Shown here: piece after piece, positions 8,754 to 18,211 of the stretch
Layout of the letters: each line of letters begins with the position of its first letter
How positions within the stretch are numbered: the first letter of the stretch is position 1
Assembly: GCA_040752415.1 (NCBI GenBank)
Contig: JBFMGU010000108.1
Coordinates: 1 to 34,468, forward strand
Source: Myxococcota bacterium
GTDB lineage: Bacteria; Myxococcota; JACRCW01
Reading direction: 5' to 3'
DNA: 34,468 bases
The notes under the pieces: generated by a model
Told to the model about the DNA's origin: nothing
Databases searched by the model: none
What the model saw: the letters and a program-made list of their open reading frames with translations, nothing else
Program-made: the position numbers and the translations under genes

Positions 8754-9386
8754 ATGCGGCGACCCACGGGACCCTTGCGCCTCGTGTTGGCCTTGGCGGT
8801 GTGTGCGGCTCCCTCCGGGGCCCTGGCGTCGGAAGACTTCATTGACGACGTCCCCAACGGCGAGACCGCCGACGGCCCCAACTGCAGCGCCTGCCACACC
8901 ATTGGCGCCAACCAGGATGCTTTTGGCCAGGCGGTGAAGGCCCAGCGGGACGGCAACGGCGGCGTCATCAGCTGGCCCGCGCTGTACAGCGGTGACGCCG
9001 ACGGAGACGAGTTCACCAACGGCGAGGAGCTGGGAGATCCGTGCGGCGTGTGGACACCCGGCGCCACGCCCGCGTTCGCGACCTTCACCGACCCCGGCAA
9101 TCCCGCCAGCAAGCCCGCTGCGCACACCGTGGACACCTGCAACCCGGGCAGCTCCAGCAGCTCGGGCGGTTCCTCGTCCGGCGAGGTGTCCAGCAGCTCC
9201 TCCTCGGGCGGGGACGGGGACGGCGGCGCGGGCAGCTCCTCGTCGGGGGACGGGCGGTACAAGGCGCGCAAGTACGTGGAAGAGGACAACGGCTGCGGCC
9301 CCAGCGCCATCACCAGCACCGACGCGCCCACGGCCCTGCTGGTGCTCGCGGTGGCGGTGCCGCTCCTGTTCCGTCGTCGACGCTGA
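8754..9386 (+). CDS. Secreted temptin-like protein with CxxCH haem-c motif and MYXO-CTERM sorting tail
   Basis: Signal peptide ending ALA; VPNG...CSACH...FGQAV...W..L...DADGDEFTNGEELGDPCGVWTPG.TP; Ser-rich linker; GCG...hydrophobic helix...RRRR. Confidence 0.75.
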   Translation: MRRPTGPLRLVLALAVCAAPSGALASEDFIDDVPNGETADGPNCSACHTIGANQDAFGQAVKAQRDGNGGVISWPALYSGDADGDEFTNGEELGDPCGVWTPGATPAFATFTDPGNPASKPAAHTVDTCNPGSSSSSGGSSSGEVSSSSSSGGDGDGGAGSSSSGDGRYKARKYVEEDNGCGPSAITSTDAPTALLVLAVAVPLLFRRRR

Positions 9387-9607
9387 GCCCCTTGGCCGCG
9401 GTCGCGGGCAGCCCTCCCTCGGCTGCGCGGGCGGAAGCGGCTGGTAAACCAGAACCATCGCATCCCTCCGGTGCGCGCGCCCTCCGGGAAGGCCGGGGGC
9501 GGTTCCGCGTGGAGCAGCGACGTGGCGTCGGGGATCTCCTGCAGCGTGGTGTCGTCCGCCCACGGGGTGGCGCGGCGGGTGTTGCCGGACCGGGGACGGG
9601 GGGCGCC

Positions 9608-10420
9608 ATGAGACCCGCCTGGCCCAGCCACGTGGACCGGATGGCCCCGCGCCGGCGCCCCACGGGGCCGGTGGTGGGTCGCCAGGAGTGGCTGGACCTG
9701 CTGTACGTGCACTGGCGCGTGGAGGCGGAGCTGTTGCGGCCGTTGGTGCCAAGCTGGCTCACGCTGGACCTCCACGACGGAGAGACCTGGGTCACGTTGA
9801 TCCCGTTCCGCATCCGCAGCGCACGCCCCGCCCTGGTCCCGAGGGTGGCGGGCCTGGACCTGCTGGAGACGAACCTGCGCACGTACGTGCACGTGGCGGG
9901 GCGGCCGGGGATCTACTTCTTCTCGCTGGAGGCCTCCTCCACGTTGGCGGTGATGGGCGCGCGCGTGCTCACCGGCCTGCCGTATTTCCTGGCGCGGATG
10001 CGCATGTCCCGACGTGACGACGGAACCGTGGACTACCACCTGCGGCGCCTGCCGCACGGACCGCGCTTCACCTGCGCCTACCGGGCGGGCGCGCACGTGG
10101 GACCCGCCACCCCGGGCACGCGCGAGTTCTTCCTGCTGGAGCGCTACCTGCTCTTCGTCGAGCGTGGGCCGCTGCGGTTGTGTGGGCCCATCCACCATGC
10201 GCCGCTGGAGACGCACCGCGCCGAGCTGCTCACGCTGGAGGACGAGCTCTCCTCGTGGGCGGGGCTGACGGGGCCGGAGCTGTCGTCGGTGGTGGTGCAC
10301 TACGTCCCGCGCGTGGGCGTGGACTTCTTCCCGTTCCACCGCGTCACCGCCGTGGCGCCGGACCTGGAGGCGCAGGTGCCGGTGGGTGCCTGGAGCGTGG
10401 CCCAGCGCGGGCAACATTGA
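9608..10420 (+). CDS. YqjF-family (DUF2071) protein
   Basis: QEWLDLLYVHW, LETNLRTYV...PGIYFFSLEA, LPYFLARM, FLLERY, IHHAP motifs. Start is ATG 9608 or 9641. Confidence 0.88.
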   Translation: MRPAWPSHVDRMAPRRRPTGPVVGRQEWLDLLYVHWRVEAELLRPLVPSWLTLDLHDGETWVTLIPFRIRSARPALVPRVAGLDLLETNLRTYVHVAGRPGIYFFSLEASSTLAVMGARVLTGLPYFLARMRMSRRDDGTVDYHLRRLPHGPRFTCAYRAGAHVGPATPGTREFFLLERYLLFVERGPLRLCGPIHHAPLETHRAELLTLEDELSSWAGLTGPELSSVVVHYVPRVGVDFFPFHRVTAVAPDLEAQVPVGAWSVAQRGQH

Positions 10421-10465
10421 CGACGCGAAGGGACCCGTTAGCTCGTCGGGAGGAAGGAGGACGTC

Positions 10466-10660
10466 ATGACCACGCAACCTCACTCCACCCCCCTGGCCCC
10501 CGAGGAGGAGCTGGAGCGCCTGGCGCGCGAGAACGAGGCGCACCGCCAGGAGATGTTCCAGGCCGACGACGAGGGCGGCGTGGACGAGGCCTCCGACGAG
10601 TCGTTCCCCGCCAGCGACCCGCCGTCCCACCACCTGACGGCGCCCACACGGTCACGCTGA
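10466..10660 (+). CDS. Small acidic protein with DEASxESFPASDPP motif
   Basis: Strong RBS (aggaaggagg) before the ATG; VDEASDESFPASDPPS is a widespread uncharacterised microprotein motif. Confidence 0.85.
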   Translation: MTTQPHSTPLAPEEELERLARENEAHRQEMFQADDEGGVDEASDESFPASDPPSHHLTAPTRSR

Positions 10661-12226
10661 CGTCGAGGGTGCCTCGGGACGTGGGGGGCAGACGGAGGCG
10701 AGGGGGGCCTGCGGCAACTCCACGCGGAACGTGGTTCCCACGCCGACCTGGCTGCTCACGGTGATGCGCCCACGGTGCGCTTTCACGATCCGCCGCACCA
10801 CCGAGAGGCCCAGGCCCACGCCGGGAATCCCGTCCGCCGTGGCAGCGGCGCGACGGAAGGGCTCGAAGATCCGCGGCATCTCCTCCTCCGGGATCCCCAC
10901 GCCGTGATCCGTCACCCAGAGCGTCACGTGGTCTCCTTCCCGTCGAGCGCGCACCTCCACGCAGCCGCCGGCGGGCGAGTACTTGATGGCGTTGCTGACG
11001 AGGTTGGTGACCACCTGGAAGATGCGCACCGGGTCGCACTCCACCCACAGCGGCGCCTCGCCCAGGTCCAACACCAGCTCATGGCGCAAGGACGAGGGGC
11101 GATACAGTTCCACCGCCTGCGCGATGAACTCCCGGATGTCCCGTCGTTCGAAGCGCAGGGCCAGCTCCCCGGCTTCCACGCGCGCGGCGTCGAGGAGGTC
11201 GGTGAGCTGCCGGTCCATCCGGTCCACCTGCGCCGTCAGCATGGAGATCACCCGCTGCAGCCGTGTCTCGTCGGGCGGGCCGCGCTGCGGTGACAGCGTG
11301 CCCAGCGCCACCTTCACCGTGGAAAGCGGCGTCCGCAGGTCATGCGCCACGCCCGCCAGGAAGGTCAGGCGCGTGCGGTTCTGCTGCTCCAGCACGGAGG
11401 CCAGGTTGTTGAACGTGGTGGCAATGGCGCGGAGCTCGTCGGGACCTTGGATGGGGGCGCGCGCCTCCCGTTCTCCGTCGGCATACGCGCGGATGGCGGA
11501 GCTGATCTGGAAGAGGGGTTGGAGGGCCCAGGTCCGGAACCACCACAAGAGCATCAGCACGCCCAGGACCAGGCTCACCGCCACCAGGACGCCCATGACG
11601 TTGGCCAGGTGATCCAGGCCGTCCAGGCGACGCTGCACCGTCCGAGCCTGGAGCACGTTGAGGTCCACCAGCGCATCCAGCGCCGCCAGGGCGTCCTCCA
11701 CCGGCTGCAGCGTGGCCTGCCGGACCTTGAGGAATTCACCGCCGGTTCGCTTCACGGCTTCCTCGCGCACGGCGAAGTAGGCGGCCACACGACGCTGGAC
11801 GTCCTGGACCGCGGCCCGCTCCTCCTGGGTGGTGGCGTACTGCATCAGCTCACGCAGGCTGAGAACCAGGGCATCCTCCGAGCGCTGGAGCTCCTCGGCA
11901 TGGCTCGCGGAGGGGGTCAGCAAGGCCTGGTTGCTCAGGCGGGTATGGCCGAGCAGCGCGAGGTGGGTCTCCTCCGCCAGACGCACGCTCTCAACGGAGG
12001 CGCCCAGCTCCGCGGCCCCGTGCCGCAACAGCGTTGTGAGCACCACCAGGGCCGCAGCCGCAACCAGGGTCAGCGCGGTCAGCACCACCGACGCCAGGGT
12101 CATGGCGCCCTTCACGCTGCGTGGGGCGCCCGGTCTCCGCCCAAGCCGCCGCTTGTCCTCGTGGAGACGAGATTCCCGTGGACCCGACGCGGGCGCCGGT
12201 CGTCCAACGGCGTAGGACTCCGCCAT
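10652..12226 (-). CDS. Sensor histidine kinase (TM, helical periplasmic sensor, TM, HAMP, HisKA, HATPase)
   Basis: GPDELRAIATTFN (HAMP), VAHDLRTPL, NLVSNAIKYS, DHGVGI, GVGLGL. RBS GAGGGGAG precedes 12226; ATG 12103 is an alternative. Confidence 0.92.
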   Translation of the reverse strand: MAESYAVGRPAPASGPRESRLHEDKRRLGRRPGAPRSVKGAMTLASVVLTALTLVAAAALVVLTTLLRHGAAELGASVESVRLAEETHLALLGHTRLSNQALLTPSASHAEELQRSEDALVLSLRELMQYATTQEERAAVQDVQRRVAAYFAVREEAVKRTGGEFLKVRQATLQPVEDALAALDALVDLNVLQARTVQRRLDGLDHLANVMGVLVAVSLVLGVLMLLWWFRTWALQPLFQISSAIRAYADGEREARAPIQGPDELRAIATTFNNLASVLEQQNRTRLTFLAGVAHDLRTPLSTVKVALGTLSPQRGPPDETRLQRVISMLTAQVDRMDRQLTDLLDAARVEAGELALRFERRDIREFIAQAVELYRPSSLRHELVLDLGEAPLWVECDPVRIFQVVTNLVSNAIKYSPAGGCVEVRARREGDHVTLWVTDHGVGIPEEEMPRIFEPFRRAAATADGIPGVGLGLSVVRRIVKAHRGRITVSSQVGVGTTFRVELPQAPLASVCPPRPEAPSTSA

Positions 12227-12263
12227 GTCCGTCTCCCCTCAAGGCCAACCGAGGTAACCGCGC

Positions 12264-12279
12264 CGCGGGCCGTATGCCA
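12264..12279 (-). promoter_or_regulatory. Possible sigma54 -24/-12 promoter for the leftward kinase
   Basis: TGGCATACGGCCCGCG has GG-N10-GC spacing but a weak -12 (CCGC). It lies 32 bp from the paired motif at 12312-12346. Confidence 0.45.
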
Positions 12280-12311
12280 CGCCACGTCGTGGTCCGAGGT
12301 CCCTGGCGGCG

Positions 12312-12346
12312 ACGCAACCTGCAACGGTGGACGTGGCATTCTGCGA
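12312..12346. promoter_or_regulatory. Paired 13-bp putative enhancer (UAS) motif, copy 1
   Basis: acgcaacctgcaa (12312) and tggcattctgcga (12334), 22 bp apart; similar pairs at 15900 and 17906. Confidence 0.6.
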
Positions 12347-12375
12347 GGGTGTTCGTCACAAGGACCACCCGGCCA

Positions 12376-12391
12376 TGGCCCAGCGGTTGCT
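12376..12391 (+). promoter_or_regulatory. sigma54 -24/-12 promoter upstream of the kinase-activator operon
   Basis: TGGCCCAGCGGTTGCT matches TGGC-N7-TTGCW. Confidence 0.72.
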
Positions 12392-12403
12392 GTTGAGGGA
12401 GAG

Positions 12404-12460
12404 ATGATGGATGTCCTCGGTGAAGCGCATGGCGCTCCCCTGCCTGCGAGGCATTCATGA
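12404..12460 (+). CDS. Putative 18-aa leader peptide (uORF) overlapping the kinase start
   Basis: ATG ATG GAT...CAT TCA TGA encodes MMDVLGEAHGAPLPARHS; its TGA overlaps the kinase ATG (ATGA 12457-12460). Confidence 0.35.
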   Translation: MMDVLGEAHGAPLPARHS

Positions 12461-14545
12461 CCCGCGGGGCGACGCTGCTGCTCATCCTGGTGCTCCTGGA
12501 GGTGCTGGGCGTCCTGGCCACGGCGCACTGGATGCTGCAGCGCGACCGCGTGAGCCTGGTGGAGGACTTCTCCGCCGAACGGCTCACCGTCCTGGATCGC
12601 GCCGTGGCGGACTTTGACGACGACTGGAAGGACATTGGCGAGGACCTGGAGTTCGTCAGCCGTCTCATGACCGCGGCCGCGTCCCACGCCGACCGCGAAC
12701 GGGAGCTGTTGGCGCTGCTGGCGGTGGTCCGGCAGTACCTGATGGCGCAGGTTGTCGACGGGAATGGGCGGATCACGCTGACCGTGACGGATCCCGCCAC
12801 CGCGGCGTTGATGGAGGGCGTGGACCTGCAGCCGGTGATCCTGGACAGCGCGAAGCGCGCGGCGGAGAGCCCGGTGGGGCGGGTTGTGACGTCGGCGGCG
12901 CTGCCTGGCGAGCGGGGCGCGTGGCTGCGCGTGTTCGCCACCCGGCTGCCGCAGGAGTCGCTGGAGACCGGTCCAGGCTCGTTGGCGCTGGTGGTGAACA
13001 CGCAGCCGTATTTCCGTCGGCTGGAGCTCATCACCATGGAGAGCAACACGCGGCTGCTGGTGCTGGGGCCCTACGGTCGCCCCGCGCCGGTGAGCGACCC
13101 GGTCCTCATGAGCTCCGCGCTCCGAGCTCCCCCCGGCGGACTGGAGGCCCTGCTCCACGAGCTGCGCGCCGGAAGACGCGGAACCATGCGCATCAGCGAA
13201 GCGGACATGGCCGCCATGGGGCTGGGCACCGCCGACGCCGTGGCCGCCTACCTCCCGCTGCCCCTCTCCCATGCCCAGCCCTGGGCGGTGGCCACCGTGA
13301 CGTCGGTCTCGGCGCTCCGGGCCCATGAGACTGCCATCATGTTGCGCGTGGGGGGCGCGGCGTTGCTCATCGTGGTCTCGTTGGGGGCGCTGGCGTGGTA
13401 CCTGCTGGTGGTGTCCCGTCGGACGGTGGCCTTGCGGGAACGCCTGCGTCACGTGGCGCAGCTGGAGCACCTGCACGAGAAGGCCGAGAAGATCCTGGAG
13501 AACATCCCCACCGGCGTGCTCTCGCTCTCCGAGCAGGGGCGCGTCACCGCCATCAACCGCGCGCTCCAGGGTCGCCTCCCCGACGACGCCGTGGGACGGA
13601 CCCTGCGCGACGCGCTGCCGCAGGCCAATCCCACCGTGCTGGAGCGGCTGGATGCACTCACGCGTTCCGCGCAGGAGACCGGCGGTGCGTGTTCCCTGAT
13701 GGGAGAGCAGGTGACGCTGTTTGGCCATGAAGGCCGCTACAACCTCCACGCCGTCCCCCTGGAGCCACGCCTCCCCGACGCGCGCATGCTGGTGGTGATC
13801 GAGGATCTCAGCGAGGTGCGTTCGCTGGAGACCCAGCTGCTGCGCTCGGAGAAGCTGGCCACGGTGGGCGTGCTGGCGGCGGGGATTGCGCACGAGATTG
13901 GCACGCCCCTGAGCGTGGTGCGCGGACGGGCCGAGTACATGCGCGGCAAGGTGCGGGAGGAGGCAAACGTGGATGGCCTCAACGTGATCATCGAGCAGAT
14001 TGACCACGTCACGCGCACCATCCGTCAGCTGCTGGACTTCTCCCGCGCCCGACCCGCCGCGGTGCGCGAGCTGGCCACCCGTCCGACGGTGGAGGCCGTG
14101 GTGGAGCTGGTGCGCCTGGAGGCGCAGCGACGGAGGATCACGTTGTCGTCGGAGATTCAGCCGGATCTTCCCCCGCTGGCCGCCGACCCCGACCAGCTGC
14201 AGCAGGTCCTGGTCAACCTGATGATGAACGCCATGGATGCCTGCGCGGAGGGGGGTGCGGTGACCGTGGGCGCCACGTTGAAACCGCCGCACGGAGCCGC
14301 GCCATGGGGCATGATCTGCCTCATGGTCTCCGACGATGGCTGCGGCATCCCGCGCGAGATCCGCAACCAGATCTTCGACCCGTTCTTCACGACCAAGAAG
14401 CGGGGGCAGGGCACGGGGCTTGGGTTGACCATGGCGGCGCAGATCATCCGCAACCACGGCGGCAGCATTGAGGTGGAGAGCGGGGATGGGCAGGGGACAC
14501 GCGTGGTGGTGATGTGGCCCGCCGCGGCGTCGCGGGAGTCTCAAC

Positions 14546-14553
<8 letters not shown>
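12457..14553 (+). CDS. NtrB-type sensor histidine kinase (periplasmic sensor, PAS, HisKA, HATPase)
   Basis: Two TM helices; ILENIPTGV (PAS), EKLATVGVLAAGIAHEIGTPL, NLMMNAMDA, DDGCGI, FDPFFTTK, GTGLGL. Confidence 0.94.
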
Positions 14554-15889
<1,336 letters not shown>

Positions 15890-15899
15890 GCGCGCGCCC

Positions 15900-15933
15900 T
15901 GGCATTTCGCCACGGTGGTCTGGCGTTCTGCCA
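15900..15933. promoter_or_regulatory. Paired 13-bp putative enhancer (UAS) motif, copy 2
   Basis: tggcatttcgcca (15900) and tggcgttctgcca (15921); the spacer cggtgg is shared with copy 1. Confidence 0.6.
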
Positions 15934-15963
15934 TCCCCGCGCGGTGCGTCCGACGACGCGGGG

Positions 15964-15979
15964 TGGCCCATCCCTTGCT
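15964..15979 (+). promoter_or_regulatory. sigma54 -24/-12 promoter upstream of the stand-alone receiver gene
   Basis: TGGCCCATCCCTTGCT, GG-N10-GC, 30 bp after the paired motif. Confidence 0.72.
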
Positions 15980-15993
15980 CTGGTCCGCCGCAC

Positions 15994-16461
15994 ATGAGCG
16001 GTGCGGACGACGGAGGAGAGAAGCAGTTGGGTGGTCCTTTGGCGGCCATGCCCTGGCAAGCACCCGTTCAAGGTCTGGTGGCTCGGCGTCTGCGTGTCCT
16101 TCTGGTGGAGGGGGACCCGGAGATGCAGGGCCTCCTATGCGCCGTGTTGCGAGACGACGGTCACGACGTGGCTGTCGTGAAGGGGCTCGCCACCGACGCA
16201 AGCCAGCCCGCACCGTGTGCGGATGTGCTTGTCTGCGACACCTCGGCGCGCTGCACGCCCGAGGCGTTGGTGCAATGGCAATCCAGCAATTCTGGAGCGC
16301 GCCTGGTGGTGTTGACGGAGCTCGGCAACGCCCACAGGGACAGGCGCGACCAGCGCATGGGAGTGGTCGTGCTGGAGAAGCCCTTTGCATTGCAGGAGCT
16401 GCGCGACGCTGTTTCCGGGTGCAGCGTCGTGACGACGGAGCCCAGACCGGGTTCGCGCTGA
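15994..16461 (+). CDS. Stand-alone (single-domain) receiver protein, divergent
   Basis: RVLLVEGD...VLVCD...VVLT...VLEKPF receiver pattern. Start uncertain: ATG 15994, TTG 16027 or ATG 16048, all in frame. Confidence 0.75.
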   Translation: MSGADDGGEKQLGGPLAAMPWQAPVQGLVARRLRVLLVEGDPEMQGLLCAVLRDDGHDVAVVKGLATDASQPAPCADVLVCDTSARCTPEALVQWQSSNSGARLVVLTELGNAHRDRRDQRMGVVVLEKPFALQELRDAVSGCSVVTTEPRPGSR

Positions 16462-16539
16462 GCATGTGTCTTCCGACCTGGGTCGGTCCGGTGTTCCCCT
16501 CCTCTCCTGGGGGCACCGGCCGATCCAGGTCGGGTTTTC

Positions 16540-17844
16540 CTACGGTTCCAGGAACTCGCCCGCCTCGAGATCGATGACGAAGTCGTTCTGCGCCTCGGTG
16601 AGGTAGGACCCGCGCCAGGGCGAGTAGGTCCGCACCCGAACCCGTGGCGTCCCGTCGAGGAACGTCAGGATGCGCAGGTAGCCCTCCCCGCCGAACACGC
16701 GCCACTGGTAGTTGGCCATGAGCTGCACCACCACGTTGCCGTGGATGCCGCGGCTGATGAGTCGGCCCGCCCCGTCGCCCAGGTGATGGCCGTTGAAGAC
16801 GAAGCGGATGTTCGCGTGGTTGCGCACCAGCTTGCGCCACATCTGTTCACCGTCGTTGGCGGCTTCACCCGTGGTGTTGTGCAGACCGTAGAAATGCGGG
16901 CTGTACGGGACCGCCGCGTCCACACGACGGTCGTTCTCGTCGAGATAGCTGTGGGTCAACAGGATGACCTGTCGCTGCGGGTGCTGCTGACACAACTCCC
17001 CCGCCCACCGCAGCACGCTGTCCCGCGGTCCGAACTCGAGCGCGACCACCAGCCAATCCATGCCGCCGGTGGAAAGCAGGTGGTAGCTGTTCTGGATGCT
17101 GCCCGCCTCGAACACGCCGCCAAGGAACGGGTTACCCGCCTCGTCGGTGGTTGAAAGAAAACGGCTCACCGGAAAGAACGTCTCCAGCTGCGTGGTGCGG
17201 TCAGCGGCCAGGCCGTCCAGACCCAGGTCGTGGTTGCCCGCGGTGAGCACGTAGGGAACCACGCCGTCCAGGATGGCCAGTGCGTCGCTGGCGCGCGCCC
17301 ATTCCTCCTGCACGTTGTGGTTGGTGACGTCACCTTCGTGCAGGACCAGAGAGATGCCCAGCTCCGCGGCGTGCTCGCGAATCCACAGCGTCTGCGCGGT
17401 GAGGATCTGGGGAAAGTCCTGCGCATAGAGCTGCGTGTCGGGGAGGATCACCCAGGTGAACAACAATGGCCCGTCGTCTTCCGGGGACGGGGCGCTTCCT
17501 CCCGACGAGGAAACTGGCGCGGTGTCCATCGGGCTCAGGCCCTCGGCGGCCGATGTTGCGGAGCTGGTTCCGCCGCTCGAAGAGGACGCGAGGGAGGGCA
17601 GGGGACGCGTTTCCGTGACCGAGGGGCCGATGCTGCCCGAGGAGCTGTTGGGGTCGTCGGCCGGCGTTGGGAGCGGACGGTTGGGTGCTGGCGCGGACGC
17701 GCGGCGCTCGAGGACCTGCTCCGCGCGGGAGGATTCCTCGGGTGTGGCGGATTCCTCGACGGAGGGGTGGGGTGCGCCGCACGCCTGGGTGAAGCAGAGC
17801 AACACGCAGGTCGGCCAACGTGACGGCAGTCGCGACGTTCCCAT
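16540..17844 (-). CDS. Calcineurin-like metallophosphoesterase, probable lipoprotein
   Basis: PDTQ, EGDVT, GNHD, THSY and NGHH metal motifs; N-terminal ...CVLLCFTQAC lipobox-like segment and Ser/Pro linker. ATG 17844 follows a sigma54 box. Confidence 0.88.
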   Translation of the reverse strand: MGTSRLPSRWPTCVLLCFTQACGAPHPSVEESATPEESSRAEQVLERRASAPAPNRPLPTPADDPNSSSGSIGPSVTETRPLPSLASSSSGGTSSATSAAEGLSPMDTAPVSSSGGSAPSPEDDGPLLFTWVILPDTQLYAQDFPQILTAQTLWIREHAAELGISLVLHEGDVTNHNVQEEWARASDALAILDGVVPYVLTAGNHDLGLDGLAADRTTQLETFFPVSRFLSTTDEAGNPFLGGVFEAGSIQNSYHLLSTGGMDWLVVALEFGPRDSVLRWAGELCQQHPQRQVILLTHSYLDENDRRVDAAVPYSPHFYGLHNTTGEAANDGEQMWRKLVRNHANIRFVFNGHHLGDGAGRLISRGIHGNVVVQLMANYQWRVFGGEGYLRILTFLDGTPRVRVRTYSPWRGSYLTEAQNDFVIDLEAGEFLEP

Positions 17845-17858
17845 GGCGGCCGGCGCGG

Positions 17859-17874
17859 AGCAGAGCGCGTGCCA
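17859..17874 (-). promoter_or_regulatory. sigma54 -24/-12 promoter for the metallophosphoesterase
   Basis: Minus strand TGGCACGCGCTCTGCT, GG-N10-GC with consensus TGGCAC. Confidence 0.72.
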
Positions 17875-17905
17875 CCGGGTGCTGTCGGAGCAGTGTGCAA
17901 CAGCA

Positions 17906-17940
17906 ACGCGTTTTGCCACGGTCGGCGGCGCAACCTGCGA
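17906..17940. promoter_or_regulatory. Paired 13-bp putative enhancer (UAS) motif, copy 3
   Basis: acgcgttttgcca (17906) and gcgcaacctgcga (17928), 22 bp apart, spacer starting cggt; 31 bp from the -24 box. Confidence 0.6.
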
Positions 17941-18211
17941 TGCCGCACCTCGTGGCGGGCCCGCGTCCCGTTCGTTCACGTCGTCGATTGCGCCAGGTGA
18001 AGCTGCAGCTGGGAACACACCGTCGCTCAAGCCGAGGCTGGGCATTCCGCCGCGCCACGCGTTGCCGGACACGCGGCCCACGTGGCAGGGTCGGGCCGTG
18101 GGGTTTTCAAGGGTGCGTTGAGGCTGGTTCCTCCGCGCAGGGTGGATCGGATGGTCGGGCCGCCATCCAGCTGGGCCGCGTGACGTCGCGCGTGCCGCTG
18201 GAGGTGCCTGG

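Noticed and set aside
9387..9607. Possible ncRNA or small ORF in the 220-bp gap
   Set aside because: No tRNA, riboswitch or terminator signature and no convincing start/stop pair.
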